NCBI GenBank assembly: GCA_964641225.1
Contig: CAZXKC010000002.1
Span: 52,893-116,892, forward strand
Length of the DNA: 64,000 nt
DNA from: an uncultured Candidatus Saccharibacteria bacterium
GTDB taxonomy: Bacteria > Patescibacteriota > Minisyncoccia > UBA6257 > 1-14-0-10-44-23
Reading direction: 5' to 3'
Position 1 is the first letter of the stretch; the number at the start of each line of letters is the position of its first letter. The notes under the pieces were generated by a model. That model was not told the DNA's origin. It worked only from the letters and a program-made list of their open reading frames with translations, and did not search any database. The position numbers and the translations under genes were made by a program. Below are positions 48,537-57,923 of the stretch, piece after piece.

Positions 48537-48693
48537 GCCAGTTTTTGGTTTGTTCTTCGTTTTCGGACGGGAATTCAGTGCTTTTAGGAGCTTTGAGTTT
48601 CCGTCCGAAATCCACGCGAACTTGAAGAGTCGACCTTGGGGGGTCGAACAGGTTCAGGGGGGATGAAGGACATCACTGTGCTGGGGGTGAGAG

Positions 48694-49083
48694 ATGCGTA
48701 AGAAGTCGTTGCATGCGTTTGCGGTAGCGGTCGCTATTGCCGCCGGTTCGTCAGAGGCGCTTGCAGAGCGCGATCCGGCAGAAGGTTGGCTCCGAGCAAA
48801 CGGCGTGTCGCATGCCGAAGCTCGGCTGCAGTCGGTGACGTGCGAGGCGGTCGTCAAGTGCGTGCGCAAGCTCTCGGGAAGGTCTCGATTCGAGGAGGCG
48901 GACGAGTTCACGGCGCGTGACCACGAACTGCGCGTGGAGCGGCGCGAGCGCCGTCTTTACGCCAAGCGCTATGCGCACGTCAATCTGAGCAGGTCGCTCG
49001 GAGAGACGACGCTGGCGGAGGTGATCGCCGACCTCAAGCGCAGTGAGCGACCCGTCATCGTTCGACGAGTGCTGGTCGCCTGA
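48694..49083 (+). CDS. Hypothetical exported protein
   Basis: GGGGGTG SD; signal peptide ending ALA; GC-rich. Confidence 0.65.
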   Translation: MRKKSLHAFAVAVAIAAGSSEALAERDPAEGWLRANGVSHAEARLQSVTCEAVVKCVRKLSGRSRFEEADEFTARDHELRVERRERRLYAKRYAHVNLSRSLGETTLAEVIADLKRSERPVIVRRVLVA

Positions 49084-49159
49084 AGTAGCTCGAGGAGCAT
49101 TCGCAGCTCCTCGACAATCGGCCCCGCGCGGTACACGCCGCGCGGGGCAGGGAGGGAAG

Positions 49160-49342
49160 ATGACACGAAGCAAGGTGCTCGAGGAGGCGCCAGCAGAAAT
49201 TGCTCGGCGACCTCGACTCTATGCTCCGACGCTCTGGTCGCGCATCAAGAAGATGTTCGATCGCTCTGGGCGGTCGGCAATCGACAGGTGGAAACGGGAC
49301 GCCCAGCGTGGCGTTCAGAAGGGAGATTTCACGGGGCTGTAA
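49160..49342 (+). CDS. Small basic hypothetical protein
   Basis: GGGAGG SD before MTRSKV. Confidence 0.5.
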   Translation: MTRSKVLEEAPAEIARRPRLYAPTLWSRIKKMFDRSGRSAIDRWKRDAQRGVQKGDFTGL

Positions 49343-49408
49343 TACTAAGGTGTTGCGGCCCCTTAGTGTTTATTGACCTTTTGGCGCGTTTCCTGTATAT
49401 TATCCACA

Positions 49409-49454
49409 TCCGTAGAAAGGTGGTGAGCGAAAGCTCTTAATCTCCACCCGAGGA
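49409..49454 (+). promoter_or_regulatory. L10 ribosomal-protein leader
   Basis: tccgtaga..ggtgg...ttaa..ccacccgagg kink-turn pattern upstream of rplJ; promoter TTGACC...TATATT just upstream. Confidence 0.75.
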
Positions 49455-49550
49455 ACGTCCAGTTACTTTTTTGTAATTGTTTCGGACCCTACGGCCCATA
49501 CGGGTCGTTTTTTATTAAAAACCCGGGTCGAATAAAAAAGTTTCGTATCT

Positions 49551-50135
49551 ATGCTTACAAAAAAACAAAAGCAGGAGCACGTCGCAATGAGCTCAAAGCT
49601 CGTTACGGCAAGTAAGTCACTCGTGTTTGCCGATTTTACCGGTGCACCGACCAAAGAGGTTAACCGTCTCAAGGTTGAACTCAAGAAGGCCGGCGCAACG
49701 TTTAAGGTCGTCAAAAAGCGATTGCTTAAAATTGCCCTTAAAGAGGCTGGTATTCCAACCGATGCCCTCGAAGGCAAGAGTCAGGCGGCAACCGTGTTTA
49801 GCCCAGGTGATTTGACCTCAGTTGCCGGACCAATTTTCAAGTTCAGTAAAGAGCTTGCAAAGAGTAAGGTTGATTTCAAAGTACTTGGTGCGTATGACAG
49901 CGACCGCAAGGCTGCAATCAGTGTTGCCGAGTTTAACGTAATTGCTAAACTTCCGAGCCGCGAGGTTCTTCTTGCTCAGGTTATCGGCACGATGTCTGGT
50001 CCGCTCCGCAAGTTTATGATCGCTTTGCAAGAAATTGCGAAGAAGAAAGGGGAAGGTGCTCCGGCAGCTTCATCTGCGCCAGTCGCAGAGGTAGCCGCGC
50101 CTGCGCCCGAGGCTCCAGCCACACCCGCAGTCTAG
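49551..50135 (+). CDS. rplJ: 50S ribosomal protein L10
   Basis: FKVVKKRLLKIA, AKLPSREVLLAQ. Confidence 0.95.
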   Translation: MLTKKQKQEHVAMSSKLVTASKSLVFADFTGAPTKEVNRLKVELKKAGATFKVVKKRLLKIALKEAGIPTDALEGKSQAATVFSPGDLTSVAGPIFKFSKELAKSKVDFKVLGAYDSDRKAAISVAEFNVIAKLPSREVLLAQVIGTMSGPLRKFMIALQEIAKKKGEGAPAASSAPVAEVAAPAPEAPATPAV

Positions 50136-50173
50136 TAAAGAAAAAGTAGTATTAAGTAAAAATTATTAATTAT

Positions 50174-50545
50174 ATGGCAGATTTTGACACAATCATCAGC
50201 GCCGTTGAGAAGCTCACAGTAGCTGAACTCAGCGAGCTCGTGAAGAAGATGGAGGAGAAGTTTGGTGTTTCAGCCGCTATGATGGCGGGTCCGGCCGCAG
50301 GTGGCGCAGCTGGCGGTGAGGCTGCTGAAGAGAAGACCGCGTACGACGTTGTTATTAAGTCGGGCGGCGAACAGAAGATCCAGGTCATCAAGGTTATCCG
50401 TGAGGCCACTGGTCTTGGTTTGAAGGAGGCTAAGGATATCGTTGACGGTGCTCCGAAGGCCGTTAAGACCGGCATGGCCAAGGCTGATGCTGATGAGCTC
50501 AAGAAGAAGCTCGAGGATGCAGGCGCAACCATTGAATTGAAATAA
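50174..50545 (+). CDS. rplL: 50S ribosomal protein L7/L12
   Basis: [29 protein letters not shown]. Confidence 0.98.
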   Translation: MADFDTIISAVEKLTVAELSELVKKMEEKFGVSAAMMAGPAAGGAAGGEAAEEKTAYDVVIKSGGEQKIQVIKVIREATGLGLKEAKDIVDGAPKAVKTGMAKADADELKKKLEDAGATIELK

Positions 50546-50590
50546 TGTTCTTACAAAAAATCCCCGTACTATGCGGGGATTTTTTGTTTG

Positions 50591-50662
50591 TGCGTCTTGC
50601 TGGGATCGGACCAGCGGCCTTCTCAATGTGAATGAGACGCTCTACCACTGAGCTAAAGACGC
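50591..50662 (-). tRNA. tRNA-Val (CAC)
   Basis: tctca-tt-CAC-at-tgaga; acceptor gcgtctt/aagacgc; T-loop reads TCCGATC. Confidence 0.88.
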
Positions 50663-50686
50663 GTGGTGCAAGTATACAAAATCTAG

Positions 50687-51393
50687 CTACTTCTGCAAAG
50701 TCGATGTAATAAAATTATCGAGCAGTCGATCGCACTGTTGTTGCATCAGTTTTTCATTTTTTCTTGCCGCTGCCCTCAGAATATTCTCGTCAATTTCGTT
50801 TTCTTCATGAACCCATGCTTTATCAATCTCGGTCTGATTTTCAATCATTGCTGGCGTGAATTCAAAATGGAAAAGTGTGCCATATGCATTTTTATAACGG
50901 AATGCTTGATTTGTGCAGAGCGGGGAGGTGGCTAGTAGCGTTGCGCCAGTCGGCAGATCAAATGCGTCACCATGCCACTCCAGTACAGTTACCGGTGACG
51001 TAAATCCGGAAAAGAGAGGATCCTTTTTCCCGTCTGCCGTAAGTTCTATCTGGTAAAAACCAACTTCTTTGGCACGCGCGCCGTTTTGATATTTTTGAAA
51101 ACTTTTGCGCCCAAACAATGAGCAATCAATTGGCTTCCGAGGCAAAATCCAATCATCGGCAATGAGCCTATATTATCTTTGATAAATACCTCTTCATCTA
51201 CTTTTGATGGATATTTTTCATAAACACCCATAGGTCCGCCCATGATAAGTAAGGCATCATAGTCCTTCGCTTCAGGGATTTTATATGGCTCCCACAATTT
51301 TATTACATCGAGCGCGATATTATTCCGTCTCGCGTAATCACCAATAAGGCCGGGATGTTCGTGCGCAACATGTTGAAAAACAAGCCATTTCAT
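50687..51393 (-). CDS. Type 1 glutamine amidotransferase, split by a 1-nt frameshift at ~51085
   Basis: GGPMGVY and GFCLGSQL in one frame; EVGF, WHGD and FHFE in the next. Confidence 0.85.
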
Positions 51394-51486
51394 ATAAAAA
51401 TTTTATCATAAAATGAACACGGGCCGCCAAGGTAGGCGGCCCATGCAGTTCGTAAGTCCGAGGACTCCGAACGCAGCGTGCTCAGG

Positions 51487-51642
51487 CTAGCGTACCAGGT
51501 GCCCTACGCTAGCGAGTGAGTCGAGACTTGCATTTGCAAGTATCAGGCTCTTCAGGAGAAGAGTTTCTACGGCGTGAAATACGTCCGGTAGAAAGACCGC
51601 GACCGTCACAAGAGCAATTACGAAACCGATAGCTCGCGACAT
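51487..51642 (-). CDS. Small membrane protein (51 aa, not in ORF track)
   Basis: MSRAIGFVIALVTVAVFLPDVFHAVETLLLK...; upstream promoter and leader, downstream hairpins. Confidence 0.6.
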   Translation of the reverse strand: MSRAIGFVIALVTVAVFLPDVFHAVETLLLKSLILANASLDSLASVGHLVR

Positions 51643-51889
51643 GTACGGGTGTACAGGGTGAGTGGTTAGAAATCGCGTGACGACCGCGATTCGTTCAGTA
51701 ATTTTGAACGAACTCCCTCCTGCATTCGGGTAACATCAAAGGATGCAGCGCGAATGCAGGAGAGATGCGGTAGCGGAGATTATGTTAAGGAGCTCTCGGT
51801 GTTCCGGGCACTATATCATATATGATATATTTCGTGCCAGCCGTCTCTGCTATCTTGTGCAACGGGCTATATTTGATATTGTTACTGCC

Positions 51890-52144
51890 ATGCTCACTCT
51901 TATTATCTGGATCTTCATCGGTATTATTGCGCTGACAATTTTGTATTATATCGGCGCCTTTATCTTTGCATTTTTGGGTGTTAAAAAAATCCTTACCTGG
52001 GCAACAGACGAGGCAAATCAGTTGCCAAAAGATTATGCTAAGTTGCGTAAGGAGGTTAAAAATGAAGGCAATAATCACTCGGAGTCGTTTGAGTCGTTTC
52101 TCAAAGGAGTGTTTGTACGCTGGTACGACAAGTTGTTTAAATAG
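51890..52144 (+). CDS. Small single-TM protein
   Basis: Long hydrophobic N-terminus from MLTLIIW. Confidence 0.6.
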   Translation: MLTLIIWIFIGIIALTILYYIGAFIFAFLGVKKILTWATDEANQLPKDYAKLRKEVKNEGNNHSESFESFLKGVFVRWYDKLFK

Positions 52145-52194
52145 AGTGCAAGAAACTAAAAACCGCCCCTCAGGGGCGGTTTTTAGTGTGCGAC

Positions 52195-53838
52195 TTATTC
52201 GTAGCTGATAGTTAAGATGGAAAGCGGTAGCACGTTTTGGCTTAACTTGTGGAGTTGGCCTGCGGTATCCGTCCAAAGCGCATCCGTGCCTTCAGACATA
52301 GTAATGCCAAGCGCGTCTGCTGAACCTGCTGCGTTGTTGAAGTTACTCGAGTTAATGACCAGTTGAATTGATTTAGTAGTACCTGCAGAAAAGGTGTAGT
52401 TAGGAGAGAAGGTTACTGAACAACCTTTTACAGTTGGTGTGCAGGTCTCGAAACCAATCGTCTCTCCAAAGTTTGCGCCTGTCATAGTATCGCGCAGACT
52501 GATGGTAAAGGCGGGCGTGCCATTTGCCACAGCCTGACCCTGTAAATTTAGTGTGAATTTTTTCAGGGTAAGCTGTTGTGTGGCAGCGAAACTTATCAAC
52601 GACATCGTTTGTCCGCGGGCTGCTGAGGTTATTGGTTGGCTGTTTCCAATGATCGAGAGCTTAGTGTCTACAGTTGCCGTACTCGGATCGATGACAACAA
52701 CCGGGGGAGTTTCGCTCGGCGGTAAGACGGTCGGCAGCACGGTGATTTTAATATCTTTTTTGTCTAACCCGCCGCGACCATCGTAGACCATAACAGTGAT
52801 CGTTCTGTCGTATGCGGCAGAAACAATCGGCGGAGTCCAGGTGAACACGCCGCCAAGACCGGTGAGCGAGGCACCCGTTGGCATATTTGTTGCCATATAT
52901 ACGAGTGAATTGTTGTCTTCATCGGTCGCTGCAACGGTGAACATAAGAGTTTTGCCGCCCATTACGCTCTGGTTGCCGATAGTGTTTAATTTCGGTGAAC
53001 GATTTGGATCGGGAATAAAAATTTTATCAAGAATGCGGTAGCCGCTGCTTGGTTGGCCATACACTTTCTGAGCGATGTCGATTTCCCAGGTGCCATCAGC
53101 GGGCATGCTTGGGAAGGTAGCGCTATAGACTTTAAAGTGTCGATCGGCCTCCTGGTCACCCGACTCGGGCACATTGTCAAAGCGCATGCCAAGTTGCGGG
53201 CTGACATAATACGGAATACCACCCGGAACCTGGATTGAGTTGTTGCCATCAAGTGTGTGAGTGCGGCTGTACGCGTCCCAGCCATATCCGTCTATATCAG
53301 TTCCCGGAAGGAAGCTTGCAACAATTGAGACGGGAACTTTTGTTCCGCCCTTTTTAATATAGTAGGCCTTGAAGGTATGGCGATAATTTTTAGTCAGATC
53401 AAGTCCTCCTGTGGTTGTATCAATAGTCGCACCCCGATTAACGAACAGCTTACCGGCCTTCGGGCTAAATAAAAGTGCACCAACGGCTTGACCAGGAACA
53501 AGATCGCTTCCTGCCTGAAAATATTGTCCATTAGTATTCATGCTGGGCGTTGGCATAGAGTATGTACCTGCCGCATCAATTTTTTTGCTGTTTTGTAAGT
53601 TATCGGAAATCCATGCGGCGTTGCCGTATGTCCACGTTGAAAGCATTCGTGAGCCTGTCTCCACGGGGCCCGTGATGATAAATTTTTGCGCTGCGGCATC
53701 AACTGTCTGCAGGGAGGTTATTGATTGATTGGCGACATACAAAATTGTCATCGCCATGCCTGTAACCATTCCAATCATCAGCCATGCAAACGCGCCATGC
53801 ATGTGCATGCGGTGGATTCCTTTTTTATGGTGTTCCAT
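52195..53838 (-). CDS. Membrane-anchored surface protein with an Ig/cadherin-like domain
   Basis: NRSPKL...ATDEDNNSLVY...GVFTWTP...DGRGG. Confidence 0.75.
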   Translation of the reverse strand: MEHHKKGIHRMHMHGAFAWLMIGMVTGMAMTILYVANQSITSLQTVDAAAQKFIITGPVETGSRMLSTWTYGNAAWISDNLQNSKKIDAAGTYSMPTPSMNTNGQYFQAGSDLVPGQAVGALLFSPKAGKLFVNRGATIDTTTGGLDLTKNYRHTFKAYYIKKGGTKVPVSIVASFLPGTDIDGYGWDAYSRTHTLDGNNSIQVPGGIPYYVSPQLGMRFDNVPESGDQEADRHFKVYSATFPSMPADGTWEIDIAQKVYGQPSSGYRILDKIFIPDPNRSPKLNTIGNQSVMGGKTLMFTVAATDEDNNSLVYMATNMPTGASLTGLGGVFTWTPPIVSAAYDRTITVMVYDGRGGLDKKDIKITVLPTVLPPSETPPVVVIDPSTATVDTKLSIIGNSQPITSAARGQTMSLISFAATQQLTLKKFTLNLQGQAVANGTPAFTISLRDTMTGANFGETIGFETCTPTVKGCSVTFSPNYTFSAGTTKSIQLVINSSNFNNAAGSADALGITMSEGTDALWTDTAGQLHKLSQNVLPLSILTISYE

Positions 53839-53947
53839 AGATATTATTTTTTTTGATTACCTTTTAGTATACAACACCTAGCTGCTCGTATATTCAGATT
53901 CTGTGTGCAGCAGCGTCAGTGGTGCACAGGATATACACAGTTTTGCT

Positions 53948-54012
53948 TTGACAGCGGATGCCGGTGTGGGATAATCGTCAATGTAAGTGGGGAACTGTGG
54001 AGAAAGGTGGGG
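53948..54012 (+). promoter_or_regulatory. dcw promoter with MraZ-binding GTGG(G/A) direct repeats
   Basis: TTGACA...GATAAT; GTGG repeats at 53987, 53997 and 54007 (10-nt period). Confidence 0.75.
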
Positions 54013-54327
54013 ATAAGCCGCATTTCAGGGGATAACTTCTTGATTTACTGTTCGGGCAGCGCATGTCGATGCCGGGCTGGCATCGCATCCTATGCTCTCG
54101 CGCCGTCGCGCTGCGAGAATTGCCCGAGACAGCAAATCTTCGAAGTTTAACGAGGGGACAACAGAAAAAGTTGTCAGCAAAGAGCAGGACGAATACGAGC
54201 GCCTTCGGTAGCGATATTTCATTAACGCCCGTTGTGCAAGCTTAGGTGAGGACCATTTGTTCTGCTCTGTGCTCCAAGAGGCACAAAATTAAAAGTTAAG
54301 CGTTCGCAAGCTCACGCTTTCAAGGAT

Positions 54328-54418
54328 CGCCGTCTCGTTTCTTAGTAACGAAACTCGCGGCACGCGCCTTGATGCGTTTTCTTAGAGCCTGCGGCGCAAA
54401 GGAATTATCAAGGGCGTG
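54328..54418. repeat. Structured repeat, family B, copy 2, overlapping the mraZ start
   Basis: Blocks shared with 12553..12664; stem cacgcgccttgat/atcaagggcgtg. Confidence 0.7.
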
Positions 54419-54847
54419 TTTATAGGCGAATACAAACACTCTATAGATGATAAAGGCCGCGTCGCCATCCCGGTGAAGTTTCGGTCTGATTTGAGTCATG
54501 CCGCGGTAATTACGCGCGGACTCGATCACTGTCTGTATGTATTTACCGCGACGGCGTGGCAGGAGATTGCCGGAAAAATTAAAGCCTTGCCGATGACAAA
54601 TGCAAACGCTCGCGCATTTCAACGATTGATGCTTGCTGGCGCAGTTGAAGTTGAACTTGATACTCAAGGCCGCGCACTGATTCCTGATTATCTTCGTGAA
54701 TATGCGAAGCTTGGAAAACAAACTGTGATTGCCGGTGTGTATGACCGTATTGAAATTTGGAACGAGGCTGCGTGGAACGAATATAAAACAAAGACTGAGG
54801 CGGCAGGCGATGAGATCGCGGAACGATTAGGCGAACTTGGTATATAA
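54416..54847 (+). CDS. mraZ: Transcriptional regulator MraZ
   Basis: FIGEYKHSIDDKGRVAIP, LDTQGRALIP. Confidence 0.97.
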   Translation: MFIGEYKHSIDDKGRVAIPVKFRSDLSHAAVITRGLDHCLYVFTATAWQEIAGKIKALPMTNANARAFQRLMLAGAVEVELDTQGRALIPDYLREYAKLGKQTVIAGVYDRIEIWNEAAWNEYKTKTEAAGDEIAERLGELGI

Positions 54848-54855
54848 AAACGATT

Positions 54856-54905
54856 GCGACCCACGACGAACGACTGAATCGCTTGAGTCGCTCGTCGTGG
54901 GTCGC
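54856..54905. repeat. Intergenic hairpin between mraZ and rsmH
   Basis: gcgacccacgacga...tcgtcgtgggtcgc. Confidence 0.7.
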
Positions 54906-54918
54906 CAGTCAAAACACA

Positions 54919-55893
54919 ATGGCCCACATCCCAGTTCTTTTACATGAGGTTCTTGAGGTGCTCAGTCCTAAAGTAGGCGAGCAGTTTGCAGATGGCACAC
55001 TTGGCGCCGGCGGACATGCACGAGAAATATTAATGCGCATAACGCCCGGGGGAACGTTGCTTGCTGTTGATCGCGATACTCGTGCTGTGCAGGCTACGGC
55101 AAAAACGTTGCCGCATGACGCAAAGACGCGAGTGCTCGTAGAGGCCGGAAGCTATGCGCGCATTCCAAAGTTTATGCAGCAATTTGGAATTGCTAAGCTC
55201 GACGGGCTTCTGCTAGATCTTGGTTTTTCATCAGAGCAGATTGTCGGTGGTACGCTCTCAGGTCGCGGGTTTAGTTTTATGACCGACGAGCCGCTGCTGA
55301 TGACCTACGACGATGAAACTCCGCCGTTAGCACAGGTTCTTGCCGAGCTTTCTGTAGCTGATCTGGCCGCAATCATTCGCGAGTATGGCGAGGAGCGCTA
55401 TGCGGACAAGATTGCGCAGAGTATTTTAGAGCGGGCAAAGAGCCAGGGAATTGCAACGACCGGTGCATTGGTTGAAGCGATCAAGGCTGCCGTGCCGAGT
55501 AATTACGAGCAAGGGCGCATTCATCCGGCAACGCGTACGTTTCAAGCGCTACGGATTTATGTAAACAGTGAATTAAAGCAGCTCGAAAATTTGCTCGCAG
55601 AATTGCCAAACATTATGGCGCCAGGGGGTCGAGTGGCGATAATCAGTTTTCACTCACTCGAGGACAGAATCGTGAAGCATTATTTTCAAGATTTTGCGCG
55701 AAATAGGGAAGGGCGTTCGGTGGAAGGAATCTATAACAAGATGAATTCCAAGTCTGGGGAGACACCGAACTCCTTCTCTGCGTCGCGCGACGCAGAACTC
55801 ATAACTAAAAAACCAATCACCGCCTCGGATGCAGAGCTTGCTGTAAATCCGCGCGCGCGTTCGGCAAAGCTCAGGGCAATTACTTTTTTATAA
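54919..55893 (+). CDS. rsmH: 16S rRNA m4C1402 methyltransferase
   Basis: HIPVLL, DGTLGAGGH, HPATRTFQALRI, SFHSLEDRIVK, NPRARSAKLR. Confidence 0.97.
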   Translation: MAHIPVLLHEVLEVLSPKVGEQFADGTLGAGGHAREILMRITPGGTLLAVDRDTRAVQATAKTLPHDAKTRVLVEAGSYARIPKFMQQFGIAKLDGLLLDLGFSSEQIVGGTLSGRGFSFMTDEPLLMTYDDETPPLAQVLAELSVADLAAIIREYGEERYADKIAQSILERAKSQGIATTGALVEAIKAAVPSNYEQGRIHPATRTFQALRIYVNSELKQLENLLAELPNIMAPGGRVAIISFHSLEDRIVKHYFQDFARNREGRSVEGIYNKMNSKSGETPNSFSASRDAELITKKPITASDAELAVNPRARSAKLRAITFL

Positions 55894-55897
55894 CGCA

Positions 55898-56233
55898 ATG
55901 ACAATTTCTCATTCAAATCCAACGCGATACGCAACCGGTGCCATCAGAATACTGCTTGGTGTCATTGTGATTTCATGTCTTTCCAGCATCTTTTTATATA
56001 ACCGGATGGTGCAGGCGCGTAGGGCCGACAATCAAATTACGAAAGTTGTAGATCAGCTGAAGGTTGAAAATGCGAAATTGAAAAATGATTTATATACGAT
56101 GATTGATGGTCGCTCGCTCACCATGCACGCTGAACGTTTGGGGTATATTAAAGATAGCAATCCGGCCTATATTACGTTTCTTGCTGATGGGTCGGTCCGC
56201 GAGGGAGCTACGGTTTCATTGTTAGAGCGATAA
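55898..56233 (+). CDS. FtsL-like cell division protein
   Basis: TM plus coiled coil; position between rsmH and the PBP. Confidence 0.65.
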   Translation: MTISHSNPTRYATGAIRILLGVIVISCLSSIFLYNRMVQARRADNQITKVVDQLKVENAKLKNDLYTMIDGRSLTMHAERLGYIKDSNPAYITFLADGSVREGATVSLLER

Positions 56234-56238
56234 CATAT

Positions 56239-57879
56239 ATGAGAGTTCGTTTTGGTTTACTTGTCGGATGCACGATCTGTGTTTTTTTGTTTCTAGCCGG
56301 TACGCTTTACAATATTCAGGTGCGCCACGCAGATCGGTATGAAGCGCGCGCAAAGGCGCAGCAATTACTTAACAGTGATCTTATACCTGAACGCGGCACT
56401 ATCTCTTTGCTTGATAAAGATGGTAGATCAATTCCGCTTGCAGTCAATCAGGATTACAATATTATTTTTGCCGTACCGAAAGAGATTGATGATACAACAG
56501 AGACTGGTAGCCGTGTTGCTACGCTGCTGGGTCTTGCGCCAGAGACGATTATCGCCAAGTTGAATAAGGCAAGCTCAGGCGCTTTGTATAAGGAGCTTGT
56601 GGTAAAGGCAACCGATAGCGATGCCCGCGCGATTGATGCGGCGGAGATTAAAGGAATTTATACAACTACTAAGCGAGGCCGGCACTATCCGTTTGGTTCG
56701 GTTGCTGCTCAGGTTGTCGGCTTCGTAAGTCAGCCTGACGAGTTGTCGCCATTTACGGGCCAATACGGAATTGAGAAACAATTTGATGCGATGCTGCTCG
56801 GTACGCCGGGCGCTGTGGGTGAGAAGGGGGTGATAACGCCGCCAACTCCCGGTGAAAATATTCAGCTGACTATCGATCAATATGTTCAGCAGCATGCGCA
56901 GGAGATACTCGAGAATTTGGTAAAAGATAAACGAGCTAAAAGCGGATCAATTATTGTTGAGGATCCGGTAACCGGAAAAATTTTAGGACTGACTAATTAT
57001 CCGACCTTTGATCCTAATGAATACGGTAAAAGTCCGCTTGAAGTATTCACCAATCCTGCGGTGCAAGGGTTATATGAACCTGGTTCTGTATTAAAGCCGC
57101 TGACCATGGCGATTGGTATTGATACAGGCGTTATTACCCCAAACACCACGTATTATGATCCGGGTTATTTTACCGCCAATGGCAAAACCATTAAAAATTG
57201 GGATTTGCTTGCACACGGAATGCTGACAATGACCAACGTCATCGAGCAGTCGATTAACACCGGTGTAGTCTTTGTTGAAAAGAAAATCGGACACTCACGG
57301 TTTTATGACTATTTACTGAAATTTGGATTAAAAGATCTGACAGGTATTACGCTGCCGGGTGAGGCGGCAGGTAGGCTCACGCCACTGGAAAAATATCCGC
57401 GTGATATTAACTTTGCAACCGCCTCGTATGGGCAGGGAGTTGCCGTGACGCCGATTCGGATGATCGCTGCTATGTCGGCAATCGCCAATGGCGGCATGAT
57501 GGTGGAGCCATATATTATTGAAGGTGCGCATACGCCGCCGCCACGCACTATTGTGAGTCCGCAAACAGCACGACAGGTAACCGATATGATGGTTTCGGCG
57601 GTAGATAAGGCAAAGGTGGCAGTGATTCCGCAGTACACGGTTGCCGGTAAGACCGGCACTGCATTTGTTCCGGATTTTGTCAGCGGCGGCTATAGCGACA
57701 AGGTTATCAATACCTATATTGGGTTTGCTCCGGCGTATAAACCGCGATTTATTATCCTGATTAAATTAGATCAACCTGAGAATGCGCCACTAGCCGGTAC
57801 GACGGTCGTCCCTGCGTTTCGTGAGTTTGCCGAGTTTTTGCTTAACTACTATACCGTCGCGCCTGATAAAGTTCAGTAG
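56239..57879 (+). CDS. ftsI: Class B penicillin-binding protein
   Basis: EPGSVLK (SxxK), SIN (SxN), GKTGT; dcw position. Confidence 0.88.
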   Translation: MRVRFGLLVGCTICVFLFLAGTLYNIQVRHADRYEARAKAQQLLNSDLIPERGTISLLDKDGRSIPLAVNQDYNIIFAVPKEIDDTTETGSRVATLLGLAPETIIAKLNKASSGALYKELVVKATDSDARAIDAAEIKGIYTTTKRGRHYPFGSVAAQVVGFVSQPDELSPFTGQYGIEKQFDAMLLGTPGAVGEKGVITPPTPGENIQLTIDQYVQQHAQEILENLVKDKRAKSGSIIVEDPVTGKILGLTNYPTFDPNEYGKSPLEVFTNPAVQGLYEPGSVLKPLTMAIGIDTGVITPNTTYYDPGYFTANGKTIKNWDLLAHGMLTMTNVIEQSINTGVVFVEKKIGHSRFYDYLLKFGLKDLTGITLPGEAAGRLTPLEKYPRDINFATASYGQGVAVTPIRMIAAMSAIANGGMMVEPYIIEGAHTPPPRTIVSPQTARQVTDMMVSAVDKAKVAVIPQYTVAGKTGTAFVPDFVSGGYSDKVINTYIGFAPAYKPRFIILIKLDQPENAPLAGTTVVPAFREFAEFLLNYYTVAPDKVQ

Positions 57880-57923
57880 CTTTTTTAGAGTCTTTTCGTC
57901 TATTATTGAAGTATAGATAGGGT

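Noticed and set aside
50601-50615. Non-canonical T-loop (TCCGATC) in tRNA-Val
   Set aside because: A single substitution in an otherwise normal tRNA; cannot be separated from a base error.
51081-51090. Phase variation in the glutamine amidotransferase gene
   Set aside because: One missing base in a 4-nt homopolymer, typical of long-read error and too short for a contingency tract.
53900-53945. oriC or DnaA-box cluster
   Set aside because: Only degenerate matches; no dnaA gene or unwinding element nearby.
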